Shown here in pieces: positions 50,979 to 60,942 of a stretch of 64,000 nt of DNA. A program made the position numbers and the translations under genes. Where the stretch lies: assembly GCA_963693095.2 (NCBI GenBank), contig OY843768.1:352001-416000 (forward strand), in the 5' to 3' direction. The first letter of the stretch is position 1; each line of letters opens with the position of its first letter. The notes under the pieces are model-generated. The model was given only the letters and a program-made list of their open reading frames with translations. It searched no databases and was not told the DNA's origin. This DNA comes from Cenarchaeum sp. (GTDB lineage: Archaea; Thermoproteota; Nitrososphaeria; Nitrososphaerales; Nitrosopumilaceae).

Positions 50979-52562
50979 CTATAGCCTCTTTGTCTCTATC
51001 TTTGGGGCCGAGACTGACCTGCTACGGGCGTGCGACTCGATCACCTCATCAGGCGTCCGCCCGTTAAAGAGGTTCTTGCAGAGCCCGCGCAGGTAGCGCA
51101 GTATGGCCCACGTTCCGGCCTTTATGAGGCCGTACATGAAGACCTTCATCGGCGGCCCGTAGGACTTGTTTCGCAGGATTATGGGGATAATGTCGTTGAT
51201 CACGCGAAGGTTGTTCTCCCAGCACTTCCAAAAGAGCGTGAACTGCGCCTCATTGAGGTTGCCAAAGTGCATCGAGTTGCGCTCGCCAAAGTCCTGGTAC
51301 AGCAGGGGCGCAACGAGGCCCCTAAAGTCACTCGCCCTAAAGTCGGCCATCATGTCAAGCGTGTACTGGACGTCATCGGGAGTCTCATCGGGCCAGCCGA
51401 TTATTATCGTCGCTGCCGGAAACCAGTGGTTGGCGTTGAGTATGCGCGCGCCCTCGCGCACGACGCTGCCCCACTCCTCTGGCCTGAACGGCCGCGTCTT
51501 TACGCCAAGGTGCTTTTTGACCATGTCTGGCGAGACAGTCTCTATGCCGAGGTTCGTCGCAAGCCAGCGCCCGCCCTTGTCCATCTCGTTTATCCTAGAG
51601 ATGTCTGCCATTAGGTCGGGATCCGCCGCAACTGCAGAGAACGTCATGTGCGTCGTGCCGACAAAGTTTGCGCCAAGGCCCTTGAGGCCCGCCCAGAGGT
51701 CAGTTATCGCGTCACGGTTTGGCCTAAAGTCGCGGTTGTCGCACCCGTAAAGGAGCATCTCATCAGAATGGAGCCAGACGGAGTCAAACCCATAGTCGAG
51801 GTTTATCTGCGCCTCGCGCTGGAGCCTCTCGGGCGGAAGGTCCTTCTTTGAGCGCTTGTTGACGTCGCAAAAGTCGCACCCGCGCCCGCACCCGCGCATG
51901 GCCTCTATGAGCGAGTTGACAGTCGGCTTTTTTATCTCCGGGATGTTCTGTATGTTCTTGACAAAGCAGTGCATGATCTCCGGCGCACCGCCGGCCTCAA
52001 GGTCGTGAAAGAGGTCAAGGGCAAGCTCGTCGGCCTCGCCGACGACGACGGTGTCGATTCCATGGACGCGCATCCTGTCGGGCTTTGCGAGCTCCCAGGC
52101 GCCGTTGCCCCCGACGACGACGTGAAAGCCGTGCTTCTTTTTGAGCTGTATGATAGTCGCGCACATGCGCTTGAACTTCATCGCGATGTATGAGAGCTTT
52201 TCCGGGGACATCGTAGTCGTCACGGGAGCCATGCCGAGGGGATCCATGACGTTTATCCCGACGACCTTTGTGTTGGGCCCTATGGACTTTGTGAGCTGCT
52301 CGGGGTTTGCGACAAAGACCTCGTCCTTGTCGTAGCCCTGGTGGAGCGCGCTCTCGACCCTGCGCAGGCCGATCTGCGCAACCTTTGCCTCACCAGTCAC
52401 GGGATCCGTCTCGACTGCGGGGCAGAAGACCTTGTCAAAGACCCACTCGGGCAGAACCTCATATGGCCCGCACGCGATAAACCCGTACAGAAAGTTGCCC
52501 CGATAGTTGGTCATGAGGCTGCGGTCTGCAGTCAGGACTATGCGTTTTCCGTCCAACGGCAA
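50979..52562 (-). CDS. B12-binding radical SAM enzyme, GDGT ring synthase (Grs)-like
   Basis: RGCGRGCDFC (CxxxCxxC). N-terminal IVLTADRSLMTNY and GLRRVES; MDPLG; VVGGNGAWE. Radical SAM is certain; the Grs assignment is from recalled similarity. Confidence 0.8.
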   Translation of the reverse strand: MPLDGKRIVLTADRSLMTNYRGNFLYGFIACGPYEVLPEWVFDKVFCPAVETDPVTGEAKVAQIGLRRVESALHQGYDKDEVFVANPEQLTKSIGPNTKVVGINVMDPLGMAPVTTTMSPEKLSYIAMKFKRMCATIIQLKKKHGFHVVVGGNGAWELAKPDRMRVHGIDTVVVGEADELALDLFHDLEAGGAPEIMHCFVKNIQNIPEIKKPTVNSLIEAMRGCGRGCDFCDVNKRSKKDLPPERLQREAQINLDYGFDSVWLHSDEMLLYGCDNRDFRPNRDAITDLWAGLKGLGANFVGTTHMTFSAVAADPDLMADISRINEMDKGGRWLATNLGIETVSPDMVKKHLGVKTRPFRPEEWGSVVREGARILNANHWFPAATIIIGWPDETPDDVQYTLDMMADFRASDFRGLVAPLLYQDFGERNSMHFGNLNEAQFTLFWKCWENNLRVINDIIPIILRNKSYGPPMKVFMYGLIKAGTWAILRYLRGLCKNLFNGRTPDEVIESHARSRSVSAPKIETKRL

Positions 52563-52672
52563 AAAGCCCTCCGCGCATTCTATATATCACTTGCCTACGA
52601 TATGCACGCGTGGGCGCCCCCAGGGGAACCGCCGCCTCTTTAAATAATGGCGCTCGTGGGCGCCGCCCGCAG

Positions 52673-53224
52673 ATGGAGTACAAGACGCGCTACCCGCGGA
52701 CGGTCTCGTTTCTTGGGGACGTGCGCGAGCAGATACGCGCAGACCCAAAGACCGGCGTCGCGCAGCTCGAGCTAGTCGTCAGGAAGAACATCGACGAGCT
52801 CTTTGGGATATTTGCGAGCGAGGGCTTCAAGCGCGTCTCCCTTGAGCACAAGAGGCCCAACCAGATCGGCCATGGCCTCTGCCTAAAGCTCGCCAAGCCC
52901 TGGGAGCTCCATGTCCGGATGACGGCGATCAGGGACGGCCTCGTGGCGATACACTCTGAAGTCGAGGTCTCGCGCGACTATCTCCAGCACACGTTCAGCC
53001 AGAGAACGCACGTCATATACGAGGTCGCCGACATGCTCCAGAGGCACAGCGTGGAGTATCGCATATGGAGCCGCAGCCTCAAAAAGTACGTCGCTAGCGT
53101 GATAGACGACTATCGCGTGAGGCTCGCCTCGCCGGCATTTCCGGCCTTTGCGTGGAAGCCGATGCTCTTTGTCATCGCTACTGTGAGCATCATGTACCTG
53201 TGGAAGTACATCAACACGATATAG
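52673..53224 (+). CDS. Hypothetical protein with C-terminal TM
   Basis: MEYKTRY start, TTTAAATA upstream, PWELHVR and EVEVSRDY segments. Confidence 0.75.
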   Translation: MEYKTRYPRTVSFLGDVREQIRADPKTGVAQLELVVRKNIDELFGIFASEGFKRVSLEHKRPNQIGHGLCLKLAKPWELHVRMTAIRDGLVAIHSEVEVSRDYLQHTFSQRTHVIYEVADMLQRHSVEYRIWSRSLKKYVASVIDDYRVRLASPAFPAFAWKPMLFVIATVSIMYLWKYINTI

Positions 53225-53231
53225 GGTGTAG

Positions 53232-53324
53232 TGCCGGAGGTGGGTTTCGAACCCACGACCTCCAGATTATGAGTATTGCCTCTGGTGTGGACTGGCACTC
53301 TAGGCCAGGCTGAGCTACTCCGGC
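53232..53324 (-). tRNA. tRNA-Met(CAT), elongator-type, non-canonical 17-nt intron (53275-53291) at 30/31
   Basis: GCCGGAG/CTCCGGC+A. CCAG[TCCACACCAGAGGCAAT]A-CT-CAT-AA-TCTGG. BHB core TGCC/GGCA. Confidence 0.9.
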
Positions 53325-53377
53325 ACGATAGCGCGCGCGACAGGGTGGCAAATTAAACCATTCCCTCCCCCGCGCGG

Positions 53378-54943
53378 CTAGTACATGCGCTTTACCTTTT
53401 TCCAGGGGGTCTTTTCGTCCTGAACCCAGAGGAACTTGCGCTGGAGGGCGCCCGTGTAGACCTTTTCCCAGTTCGCGCCGACCTCGTCTATCCACGCCTT
53501 GAAGACACGGGGGTCGACATAGTTGCGCAGCGACGTTCCGAGGTTATAGTCACTCGTCCTCTCGGCCAGGTCGAGCTGCATCTTTAGGCGCTCTATCCTC
53601 TCGGCCTTTTTCTCGGCCTGCTTGGGTGTCTTTGTCGCCTTTGCCCTGGCGTTCTTGAGCGTCTCGCGCTTTTTCTCTAGCGACTTTGCAAACGTCTTGG
53701 GTATCGTCCTCTTGTGGTTTAGCATCTTTGCGGCCTCGAGGTTTGCCAGCTTTGCGTGATAGACCTTTGTGTTTGCCGACTTTGAGGTGATGTTGGCGTG
53801 GGCGGCGAGGTACGAGTTGACGATGTTGGAGCCCAGGTACGTCCTGAACACCTTGGCCGAGACGCCCTTTACGATGCCTGACAGGTACACATTGACGTTG
53901 CGCGACGTAATGCCGGCAAATATCTCCTCGCCGGCTCCCTTGCCCTCCATGAGGGACTTTAGGTTGTCGCGAAACTGCGTGTCATCGCCCACCTTTAGCG
54001 TCTCGGTCCACCTCACGCTGTCCTTGCCCAAAAAGTCAAACTCGATGGTGTCCTTGCCGACCTTTACGTGCTCCTTTCTGAGCGTCGTGGCGCCGACGGT
54101 GTCAGCCTCGTCTGAGTCCTTTTCGTCGCCGACCCTCATCGCCGTGCGGTATATGAGATAGCAGACCGTCGCGACGTTGCGAACCCTCTCGTTTCGGCTT
54201 GCCATGTCCTTTATCATGCTCTTCCTGACTGCGTCGATCTTGCCTGACAGCGTGACGGCCTTGTCGTACTTTGCCCTGTCACGATCCTGCTTTAGGGACA
54301 CGGTGTCGGCAAACCAGATGTACTTTGCCTTTTTTGTGAGGCCGTCGGTCCAGCACGCAAGCCATATCGAGTCTGGCTTGCAGACGATCTTTTTCCAGTC
54401 GCCCGGCGGGCGTGCTGCCTTTTTGCCCATGTTTAGCGTGACGTCCCTGTGCGAGATTGCGGCCTTCCACTTTCCCCTAAATGGGTGCGCGCCGCGCCCT
54501 ATGAATATGCCCGGCGGCTCGGCCATATAGTTGCCGACATCGACATCCTTGCCGTCAAGGACCGCCTTGCCATACTTTGCTTTTAGCTCCTCGCGGACGG
54601 CCTTTCTTCTCCTTGCGAGCTCCTTGCGCTCCTCCTTTGTCATGCGTTCACGGGCCTCCTTTTCGCCATCGACTAGCCTGTATGCGGCCGTAAAGTCGAT
54701 CTCGCCATACTTGAGGCCGCGGTACTCTGGTCCCAGCTCGCGCGCAAAGTCGGCCGTAAAGTTTTTCTGAAAGACGGCATCCTGCACGTACGGCGTGTCC
54801 TTTTTCTTGGCCCACTGGTATGCCATCTCCTCGGCAAGCGTTCCCAGCCTTGTCTCCTTGCCGCGAATCCTTACCGTGATCCCCTTTGTCTCAAATGGGG
54901 GCGGAAAGAGTATGCCGTTGTGCTCGAGCGTCTTCCACCTCAT
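53378..54943 (-). CDS. DNA topoisomerase IB (eukaryote-like)
   Basis: WKTLEHNG, EPPGIFIGRGAHP, MRVGDEK, DTVG, FDFLGKDS, AKVFRTY, LNH, SLRNYVDPR. Confidence 0.97.
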   Translation of the reverse strand: MRWKTLEHNGILFPPPFETKGITVRIRGKETRLGTLAEEMAYQWAKKKDTPYVQDAVFQKNFTADFARELGPEYRGLKYGEIDFTAAYRLVDGEKEARERMTKEERKELARRRKAVREELKAKYGKAVLDGKDVDVGNYMAEPPGIFIGRGAHPFRGKWKAAISHRDVTLNMGKKAARPPGDWKKIVCKPDSIWLACWTDGLTKKAKYIWFADTVSLKQDRDRAKYDKAVTLSGKIDAVRKSMIKDMASRNERVRNVATVCYLIYRTAMRVGDEKDSDEADTVGATTLRKEHVKVGKDTIEFDFLGKDSVRWTETLKVGDDTQFRDNLKSLMEGKGAGEEIFAGITSRNVNVYLSGIVKGVSAKVFRTYLGSNIVNSYLAAHANITSKSANTKVYHAKLANLEAAKMLNHKRTIPKTFAKSLEKKRETLKNARAKATKTPKQAEKKAERIERLKMQLDLAERTSDYNLGTSLRNYVDPRVFKAWIDEVGANWEKVYTGALQRKFLWVQDEKTPWKKVKRMY

Positions 54944-55009
54944 GCGCACATGCCATCCGTTGCCAACTGGCGAAAATTCGCCGACATTGCGTATATCAAC
55001 TTAGCGAGG

Positions 55010-55531
55010 CTAGGCGAGCTCGGCGCTTCCAAACAGAACACTGAACGGCTCGCACCATATGAGAACCGTGCCATACATTGAGATGTCAGTGCCCTCGGGT
55101 ATCTCATAGTTTTGGTTGCCGCGGTTGGCCTTGAGGTCCCCGAGGTCAACATAGTCCGAGGCCTCTGTGTCCACCGAGAGGTACACGCGAAGGCCCGGCC
55201 CGTTGGTGGAGAAAAAGTCCTCTAGCCTGAGTATCTCGCCGCCTGAGCCGGCCAGCTCGAGCACCTTGGCGGTCCCGCGCGCGTCATGGATGCCATCACC
55301 CACGCCCACGAACGTTCCCGAGTATGACGCCATGGGCCCATCGACCATGGGCTCGCCGGCCATCCCCTCAGTACCAATGCCCTCGGACATCTCGACCATG
55401 TCTGATGCCATGATGACATCGGGGAGCGCCTCGTCTATGGTCGACTCGGTAAAGTATGGGCTCACCGCATATATCGCGCCGCCCCCGACTGCTATTGCGA
55501 TAACTGCCGCAACTATGCCTGCACGCCTCAT
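55010..55531 (-). CDS. DM13 domain membrane-anchored protein
   Basis: N-terminal TM. H...G, LRLEDF, NGPGLRVYLS, LKANRGNQNY, IWCEPF. Confidence 0.88.
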   Translation of the reverse strand: MRRAGIVAAVIAIAVGGGAIYAVSPYFTESTIDEALPDVIMASDMVEMSEGIGTEGMAGEPMVDGPMASYSGTFVGVGDGIHDARGTAKVLELAGSGGEILRLEDFFSTNGPGLRVYLSVDTEASDYVDLGDLKANRGNQNYEIPEGTDISMYGTVLIWCEPFSVLFGSAELA

Positions 55532-55676
55532 TGCGCGCACGTGGGCCGGATTTGGATATAAACCAAGCGTGCCTGCGGCGCCATCTCCCTCCAAACCCCG
55601 AGGCCGCACGCGTATGGGGGCAGTCCGCAAACCAGCATAAACACAAATACCTAGCACCGTTCACGGCGGAATCAAG

Positions 55677-56624
55677 TTGATCCCGCTTCCCACCGCACCG
55701 CGAGGCCGCCAAGAGGGCAGGGCCGGCGAGCCGGTCACGGGCACGCCGCTCCTAAAGCGCGGCTTTGCGCACATGCTCAAGGGCGGCGTCGTCATGGACG
55801 TCACGACAGTCGAGCAGGCGCAAGTCGCCGAGCAGGCCGGCGCCGTCTCGGTCATGGTTCTTGACAAGCTCCCGTCTGATGTCCGCAAGGCCGGCGGCGT
55901 TGCGCGCACGGCTAGCGTTCGCGTCATACGCGAGATCATGGACTCGGTGACGATTCCCGTGATGGCAAAGTGCCGCATAGGCCACGTCCATGAGGCCGGC
56001 GTGCTCGCCGAGGCAGACGTTGACATGATAGACGAGTCGGAGGTTCTCACGCCGGCTGATGAGCGCCACCACATATGGAAGTGGAACTATGACACGCCAT
56101 TTGTCAATGGCGCGCGCTCACTAGGCGAGGCACTGAGGCGGATAGAGGAGGGCGCATCGATGATCCGCACAAAGGGCGAGCCCGGCACGGGCAACGTGGC
56201 CGAGGCGATCACGCACATAAAGGCGGTAAACGACGGCATACGCAGCATACGCGCAATGCTAGAGGATGGTGATGCGCAGGAGATCATCAGGGCATCGCGC
56301 GACCTTGGCGCCTCATACGAGCTCGTCGAGCAGACTGCGAAACTCGGTCGCCTCCCTGTCGTCAACTTTGCGGCAGGCGGAATAGCCACGCCGGCTGATG
56401 CGGCGTACCTCATGTCACTTGGCTGTGACGGGATATTTGTCGGCTCGGGGATATTCAAGGCCGAGGACGCCCTGGAGCGGGCGCGCGCCGTTGTCCTTGC
56501 GACCACGTTCTGGCGGGATCCCGCGCGCGTCCTGGAGGCCCAGGGGATGATCGACGAGCGCAGCTCGATGGCGGGCCTCGACGTCGCAAGCCTCGAGCTG
56601 CGCATGCAGGAGAGGGGCGAGTAG
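55677..56624 (+). CDS. pdxS: Pyridoxal 5'-phosphate synthase lyase subunit
   Basis: [44 protein letters not shown]. Confidence 0.97.
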   Translation: MIPLPTAPRGRQEGRAGEPVTGTPLLKRGFAHMLKGGVVMDVTTVEQAQVAEQAGAVSVMVLDKLPSDVRKAGGVARTASVRVIREIMDSVTIPVMAKCRIGHVHEAGVLAEADVDMIDESEVLTPADERHHIWKWNYDTPFVNGARSLGEALRRIEEGASMIRTKGEPGTGNVAEAITHIKAVNDGIRSIRAMLEDGDAQEIIRASRDLGASYELVEQTAKLGRLPVVNFAAGGIATPADAAYLMSLGCDGIFVGSGIFKAEDALERARAVVLATTFWRDPARVLEAQGMIDERSSMAGLDVASLELRMQERGE

Positions 56625-57223
56625 TGGTGCGCATAGGCGTCCTTGCTACACAGGGCGACGTTGATGAGAACGTTGCGGCCGCACGCGATGCGCTCGGTGA
56701 CCCCGGCGGCGCCGTTCGTGTGGGCACGCCCTCAGAGATCGACACAGTGGACGCGCTCATCATACCGGGGGGAGAGAGCACGGCGATAGGCCCGCTCTCC
56801 GAGATCGCCGGCGCGATGCGCGCGATCGCGCGCAGGGCAGAGGCAGACTCGATGCCCATTCTTGGCATATGCGCAGGCCTCGTCCTCATTGGGGCCTCGG
56901 CGCGTGACCGCGTTGCGGGAGCCGGCGCGACGCCGCTTGGCCTCATCGACGTCGACGTTGAGCGCAACTCGTTTGGGCGCCAGCGCAACTCGTTTGAGGC
57001 GAGTGTGTCAATTCCAGGGCTGGGCATAGATGGTATCGTGGGCGCCTTTATCCGCGCGCCGACTGTCTCGCGCGCCGGTGACGGAGTTGAGGTCCTGGCC
57101 CGACTAGGCGAGAAGATAGTCGCGGTTCGCCAGGGCAACGCCATAGGCGTGTCGTTTCATGCCGAGCTTGGCAGCTCGGAGCTGCACCGCAGCTTTGCCA
57201 ACATTGCCGCAGGAACCGCCTAG
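56624..57223 (+). CDS. pdxT: PLP synthase glutaminase subunit
   Basis: IIPGGEST, GICAGL, RNSFGRQ, FIRAP, FHAEL. Confidence 0.96.
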   Translation: MVRIGVLATQGDVDENVAAARDALGDPGGAVRVGTPSEIDTVDALIIPGGESTAIGPLSEIAGAMRAIARRAEADSMPILGICAGLVLIGASARDRVAGAGATPLGLIDVDVERNSFGRQRNSFEASVSIPGLGIDGIVGAFIRAPTVSRAGDGVEVLARLGEKIVAVRQGNAIGVSFHAELGSSELHRSFANIAAGTA

Positions 57224-59541
57224 CGGGCCTGCAGGCCGTGCATGGGAACAAGGTCGGCTGCATATTTTGCGAGGTCGGCGGGAATCTCCATGTCTATTGT
57301 GTCCTTTAGCGAGAGGCCGCGGCGCTTTTTCTCGTTCCAGACTGACGAGTTGAACTCTGTTATGGCCCGCGTCACCTCGCGCATCGAGCGCGCGCCCTGC
57401 GGTGAGGGCATGGACTCTGTGTGTATGCTTTTGCTCGAATAGAGGCTGCGCCATAGGTGGTCCGTTATGAACGGCGTGATCGGCGCGAGGAGGCGCAGGA
57501 CCGTGGAGAGGACCGTGTGGAGGGTGTGGCGTGCGGCATCGCGCCCCGCGTCATCAAAGCCATCCCCATACGCGCGCGCCTTTGCCATCTCTACATAGTG
57601 CGCCGCAAACGTTCCCTTTACAAACTCCCTGACTGCAACTGCGGGAACGAAAAAGTTGTGCTCCGCATATGCGGAGGCGCACTCGGAGACGAGCGCGTCA
57701 AGCTCGCCGAGTATCCACGTGTCAGTCGCGCCTGCAGCGCCTGCGCCCTCGCCGGGGTCGGGGAACGCCGAGACGAGGCGCGCAACGTTCCATATCTTGC
57801 TGAGGGACTTTTTGGTCGACTCGATCTTTTCCTCATCGCACCTAAAGTCCTGCCCGTGGCCGGCCTCGCACGCGCTCCAGAACCGAAACGTGTCTGCGCC
57901 CACGCGCCTGATGAGCGGGAGGGGGTCGACGACGTTGCCGCGGCTCTTGCTCATCTTGCCGCCGCGCGAGTCGAGGCCATACCCCATCACCCATGCCTCG
58001 GCCCACGGGGCCTTGCCCGTCAGCTGGTCGCAGCGAAGGAGCGTATAGTAGAGCCACGTGCGCACAATGTCCTTGCCCTGCGGCCTCACGGCAGCCGGAT
58101 ATGCCGCCGCAAAGAGCTTTTCATCGCGCCCGTATCCGGCAATAAAGAGGGGCGAGACGCTAGAGTCCATCCACGTGTCAAACGTGCGCGTCTCGCCGGC
58201 GAGCGCACCGCCGCACCTTGTGCACTCTGGCCAGGGCGCCTTTTCTGCCCACGGGCGGACGTACTTGCCCGGCTCGGGGACGTGGGCCTCGTCGCATGAC
58301 TCGCAGCGCCATATGGGTATCTCGGTCCCATAGTAGCGCCGGCGGGATATGGGCCAGTCTATTGCCACCGAGTCAAGCCAGTTGTGGAGTATCTGCCTGT
58401 GCGACTCTGGCCTAAACGTGATCCGCGCGGCAAGCTCGCGCATACGGTCCAGCGCGTCGAGCTGCCGCAGGTAATACTCCTCGAGCGGGACTATCTCTAT
58501 GGGGTTTTTGGTGCGCTCAGAGACTGGAACGCTGTGCCGTATCCTCTCGCTCTTTGTGATCGTTCCGGCCTCCTCGAGGTCGGCAATGATCTTTGCGCGG
58601 GCCTGCTTTGGGCGCAGGCCGGCGTACTTGCCGGCCGCCTCTGTCATCCTGCCATCAAGGCCGATCGAGGCGACCTCCTCGAGGCCAAGCTCGCGAAAGA
58701 GCGCAACGTCGTTCTGGTCGCCATAGCTGCAGACCATGACGGCACCGGACCCAAACTCCGCCTTTGCTGACGGGTGCGCGAGAATCTTGACGGTGTTGCC
58801 AAATATCGGCACCGTCGCGCCCTTGCCTATGCTGCCGGCATGGCGCGCGTCCTCGGCGTTTACGACTATGGCGCGGCACGCGCAGAGGAGCTCGGGCCGC
58901 GTGCTGGCTATCGTGATGGACCGCCCGCCCTCCACGGCAAAGTCCATGTGAACCAGGTCAGTCTCGGCGTCAGCGTGCGCAACCTCGGCGTCAGCGACGC
59001 TAGTTCCGGCCACCCAGTCATAGTTTGTGGGCCGCGTGGCGATATAGACCATGCCGCGCCTCCACAGGTCTATGAACGTCGCCTGCGTGAGGGCGCGGTA
59101 CTCGGCCGAGTCGGTCCTGTAGCGCCCCGAAATGTCAGCCGATATGCCAAGTGACTCTAGCGTCATGGCCATCTCCTCCTCTAGGTCGTCAAGTGACTCG
59201 GCGCAGAGCCTGATGAACTCGCCGCGCTCAGTCTCGGCCATGCGGATTCCGTGCTTTTTCTCCGTGTACAGCTCGACGGGGAGGCCGTTGCGGTCTATGC
59301 CGAGCGCAAAATAGACGTTCTTGCCGGCCATGCGCTCGGTGCGCGCTATCATGTCGATCTGCGCATAGTGGGCCGCGGCCCCAACGTGCCATGGCCTGCC
59401 GGAGGGGTACGGGGGCGGCGTGTCAATGGTGTAGCACCTCTCGCCGGCCCTAAACTCGCATATGCGCTCGGCGGCCCATGCCTCAAGGAGCGGCGCCTCT
59501 AGTGCGGGATCCCACGCCTTTTGGCTGATGCGCGGCTCCAC
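57220..59541 (-). CDS. valS: Valyl-tRNA synthetase
   Basis: IDTPPPYPSG, HVGA, DWPISRRR, DTWMDSS, KMSKS. Confidence 0.95.
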   Translation of the reverse strand: MEPRISQKAWDPALEAPLLEAWAAERICEFRAGERCYTIDTPPPYPSGRPWHVGAAAHYAQIDMIARTERMAGKNVYFALGIDRNGLPVELYTEKKHGIRMAETERGEFIRLCAESLDDLEEEMAMTLESLGISADISGRYRTDSAEYRALTQATFIDLWRRGMVYIATRPTNYDWVAGTSVADAEVAHADAETDLVHMDFAVEGGRSITIASTRPELLCACRAIVVNAEDARHAGSIGKGATVPIFGNTVKILAHPSAKAEFGSGAVMVCSYGDQNDVALFRELGLEEVASIGLDGRMTEAAGKYAGLRPKQARAKIIADLEEAGTITKSERIRHSVPVSERTKNPIEIVPLEEYYLRQLDALDRMRELAARITFRPESHRQILHNWLDSVAIDWPISRRRYYGTEIPIWRCESCDEAHVPEPGKYVRPWAEKAPWPECTRCGGALAGETRTFDTWMDSSVSPLFIAGYGRDEKLFAAAYPAAVRPQGKDIVRTWLYYTLLRCDQLTGKAPWAEAWVMGYGLDSRGGKMSKSRGNVVDPLPLIRRVGADTFRFWSACEAGHGQDFRCDEEKIESTKKSLSKIWNVARLVSAFPDPGEGAGAAGATDTWILGELDALVSECASAYAEHNFFVPAVAVREFVKGTFAAHYVEMAKARAYGDGFDDAGRDAARHTLHTVLSTVLRLLAPITPFITDHLWRSLYSSKSIHTESMPSPQGARSMREVTRAITEFNSSVWNEKKRRGLSLKDTIDMEIPADLAKYAADLVPMHGLQAR

Positions 59542-59546
59542 CGGAA

Positions 59547-60356
59547 CTACCTCCGGAGACTCGATATTATGTGCGAGCCCTTGTTGTTGCCCTCGTATAT
59601 GTACACGCCAACTGCCTCGACGTTGTCTGGCAGGAGCGGCGAGAGACGGCGTATTATCTCGCTTGACAGGTTTTCAACAGTGGCCTCGCCGTCAAGCGCG
59701 TACGTCGTGTCCTTTGGAACGCGCAGGTCAAATGTTCCCTTTGGACCGTCAAACCCAACGCGATAGTGGAGATCGTCCTCGTCTGTCACATACTTGCGGT
59801 TTATGAAGAACTTGTGGTCAAATGCGCCAATGACGCCCCTGACCATCTTTTTTGCCTCTCCAAAGTCCATGAGCAGCCCGTTGCGCGTCTGCCCGACAAG
59901 CTCGACCATCACTGATGACGTGTGGCCATGGAGTATTGAGCACTTTTCGACTAGCGGGAGTATGTGCGCATAGTCAAACGTAAAGGAGCCGTCCTCTATG
60001 AATATCGATCCGGCATCCCCGCTGTCAGTCTGACCATATGACACAATGTCGTCTAGCTCTCCAGCGCGCGCTGCATGGCGCGCATGGCCTATGCCAAGAA
60101 CATTGCCAGAGCCGGACTCCTTTAGCGCATTGTACCTTGCGAGATCCTCGTCAGAGTCGATGACCTCGATGAGCCCGTGCTCTGTCACAAAGTCTGCCCG
60201 CACGGACCCGCTTGGCGTGTCGACATTTTCCCCGTACTTGTAGTCATGCCCCAAAAACTCGAGCATCCTCGCCACGGAGAGCTCTGTTCTCGACCTGAGG
60301 AGGTTCCCCTTTGCGTCGACATACCGAAAGTCCGAGTCTAGGACGGGTTTGGCCAT
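59547..60356 (-). CDS. queD: 6-pyruvoyl-tetrahydropterin synthase/QueD-like protein with extra N-terminal domain
   Basis: FDYAH, CSILHGH, MDFG, FDHK, TVENL, YEG. About 120 aa of additional N-terminal domain. Confidence 0.82.
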   Translation of the reverse strand: MAKPVLDSDFRYVDAKGNLLRSRTELSVARMLEFLGHDYKYGENVDTPSGSVRADFVTEHGLIEVIDSDEDLARYNALKESGSGNVLGIGHARHAARAGELDDIVSYGQTDSGDAGSIFIEDGSFTFDYAHILPLVEKCSILHGHTSSVMVELVGQTRNGLLMDFGEAKKMVRGVIGAFDHKFFINRKYVTDEDDLHYRVGFDGPKGTFDLRVPKDTTYALDGEATVENLSSEIIRRLSPLLPDNVEAVGVYIYEGNNKGSHIISSLRR

Positions 60357-60465
60357 ATCTGAGCGCACGTCCACATGCGTGCGCATATAAAGCCTGCCAC
60401 GGGGAGGCGCTTCGGCGCACACGTCCCGCATGACCGAGCGGGGCGTGTGTGCCGCCGGGCCGCCT

Positions 60466-60747
60466 TCAGGCGCGAAGGGCCTCGAGGCGCCGAGCAAGCT
60501 CGGTGTCGTTTGCCGTTATCCCGCCGGCGTCATGCGTCATGAGCTCGACTGTGAGGCGGTTGTAGACGTTGGCCCACTCGGGATGGTGGTTCATCCTCTC
60601 GATCTCCATGGACGCCCTGGCCATAAACCCAAACGCCTCGTTAAACGAGGCAAACTCGTACTCTTTGTGGAGCTTGCCGTCCCTGACGGACCACCCGTCA
60701 AGGTCCCTGACGGCCGCCTCGATCTCCTGCTCCGTGAGCCTCTCCAC
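60466..60747 (-). CDS. phhB: Pterin-4a-carbinolamine dehydratase
   Basis: NHHPEWANVYN, THDAGGIT. Confidence 0.93.
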   Translation of the reverse strand: MERLTEQEIEAAVRDLDGWSVRDGKLHKEYEFASFNEAFGFMARASMEIERMNHHPEWANVYNRLTVELMTHDAGGITANDTELARRLEALRA

Positions 60748-60942
60748 GGGCGCAGGGCAGGAGCCTTCCCTTATGTGCCTTCAGCCGCCCCCTGCGCCCA
60801 TGGGCAGGATTTTGCGATTCTGCGCATATAGGCCGCCATCGCCTGCGTGCTGCGGCGCACCACCCCGTTTTTATCAACTTTTTACAATATTTAGTCTAAC
60901 AATCCCAACCAATCCGATTTAAGAAAAATTAAGGACTCGGCT

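Noticed and set aside
53232-53324. Initiator tRNA or tRNA-Ile2 for the CAT anticodon
   Set aside because: Lacks A1:U72 and the three G:C anticodon-stem pairs of initiators. The GCC start fits elongator Met better than the GGGC start of Ile tRNAs.
53378-54943. Topoisomerase IB as a novel eukaryote-derived gene
   Set aside because: It is an established hallmark of Thaumarchaeota.
60891-60900. TTAGTCTAAC upstream of the ParB-like gene as a DtxR box
   Set aside because: Matches only a half-site; the spacing differs from TTAG-N6-CTAA.
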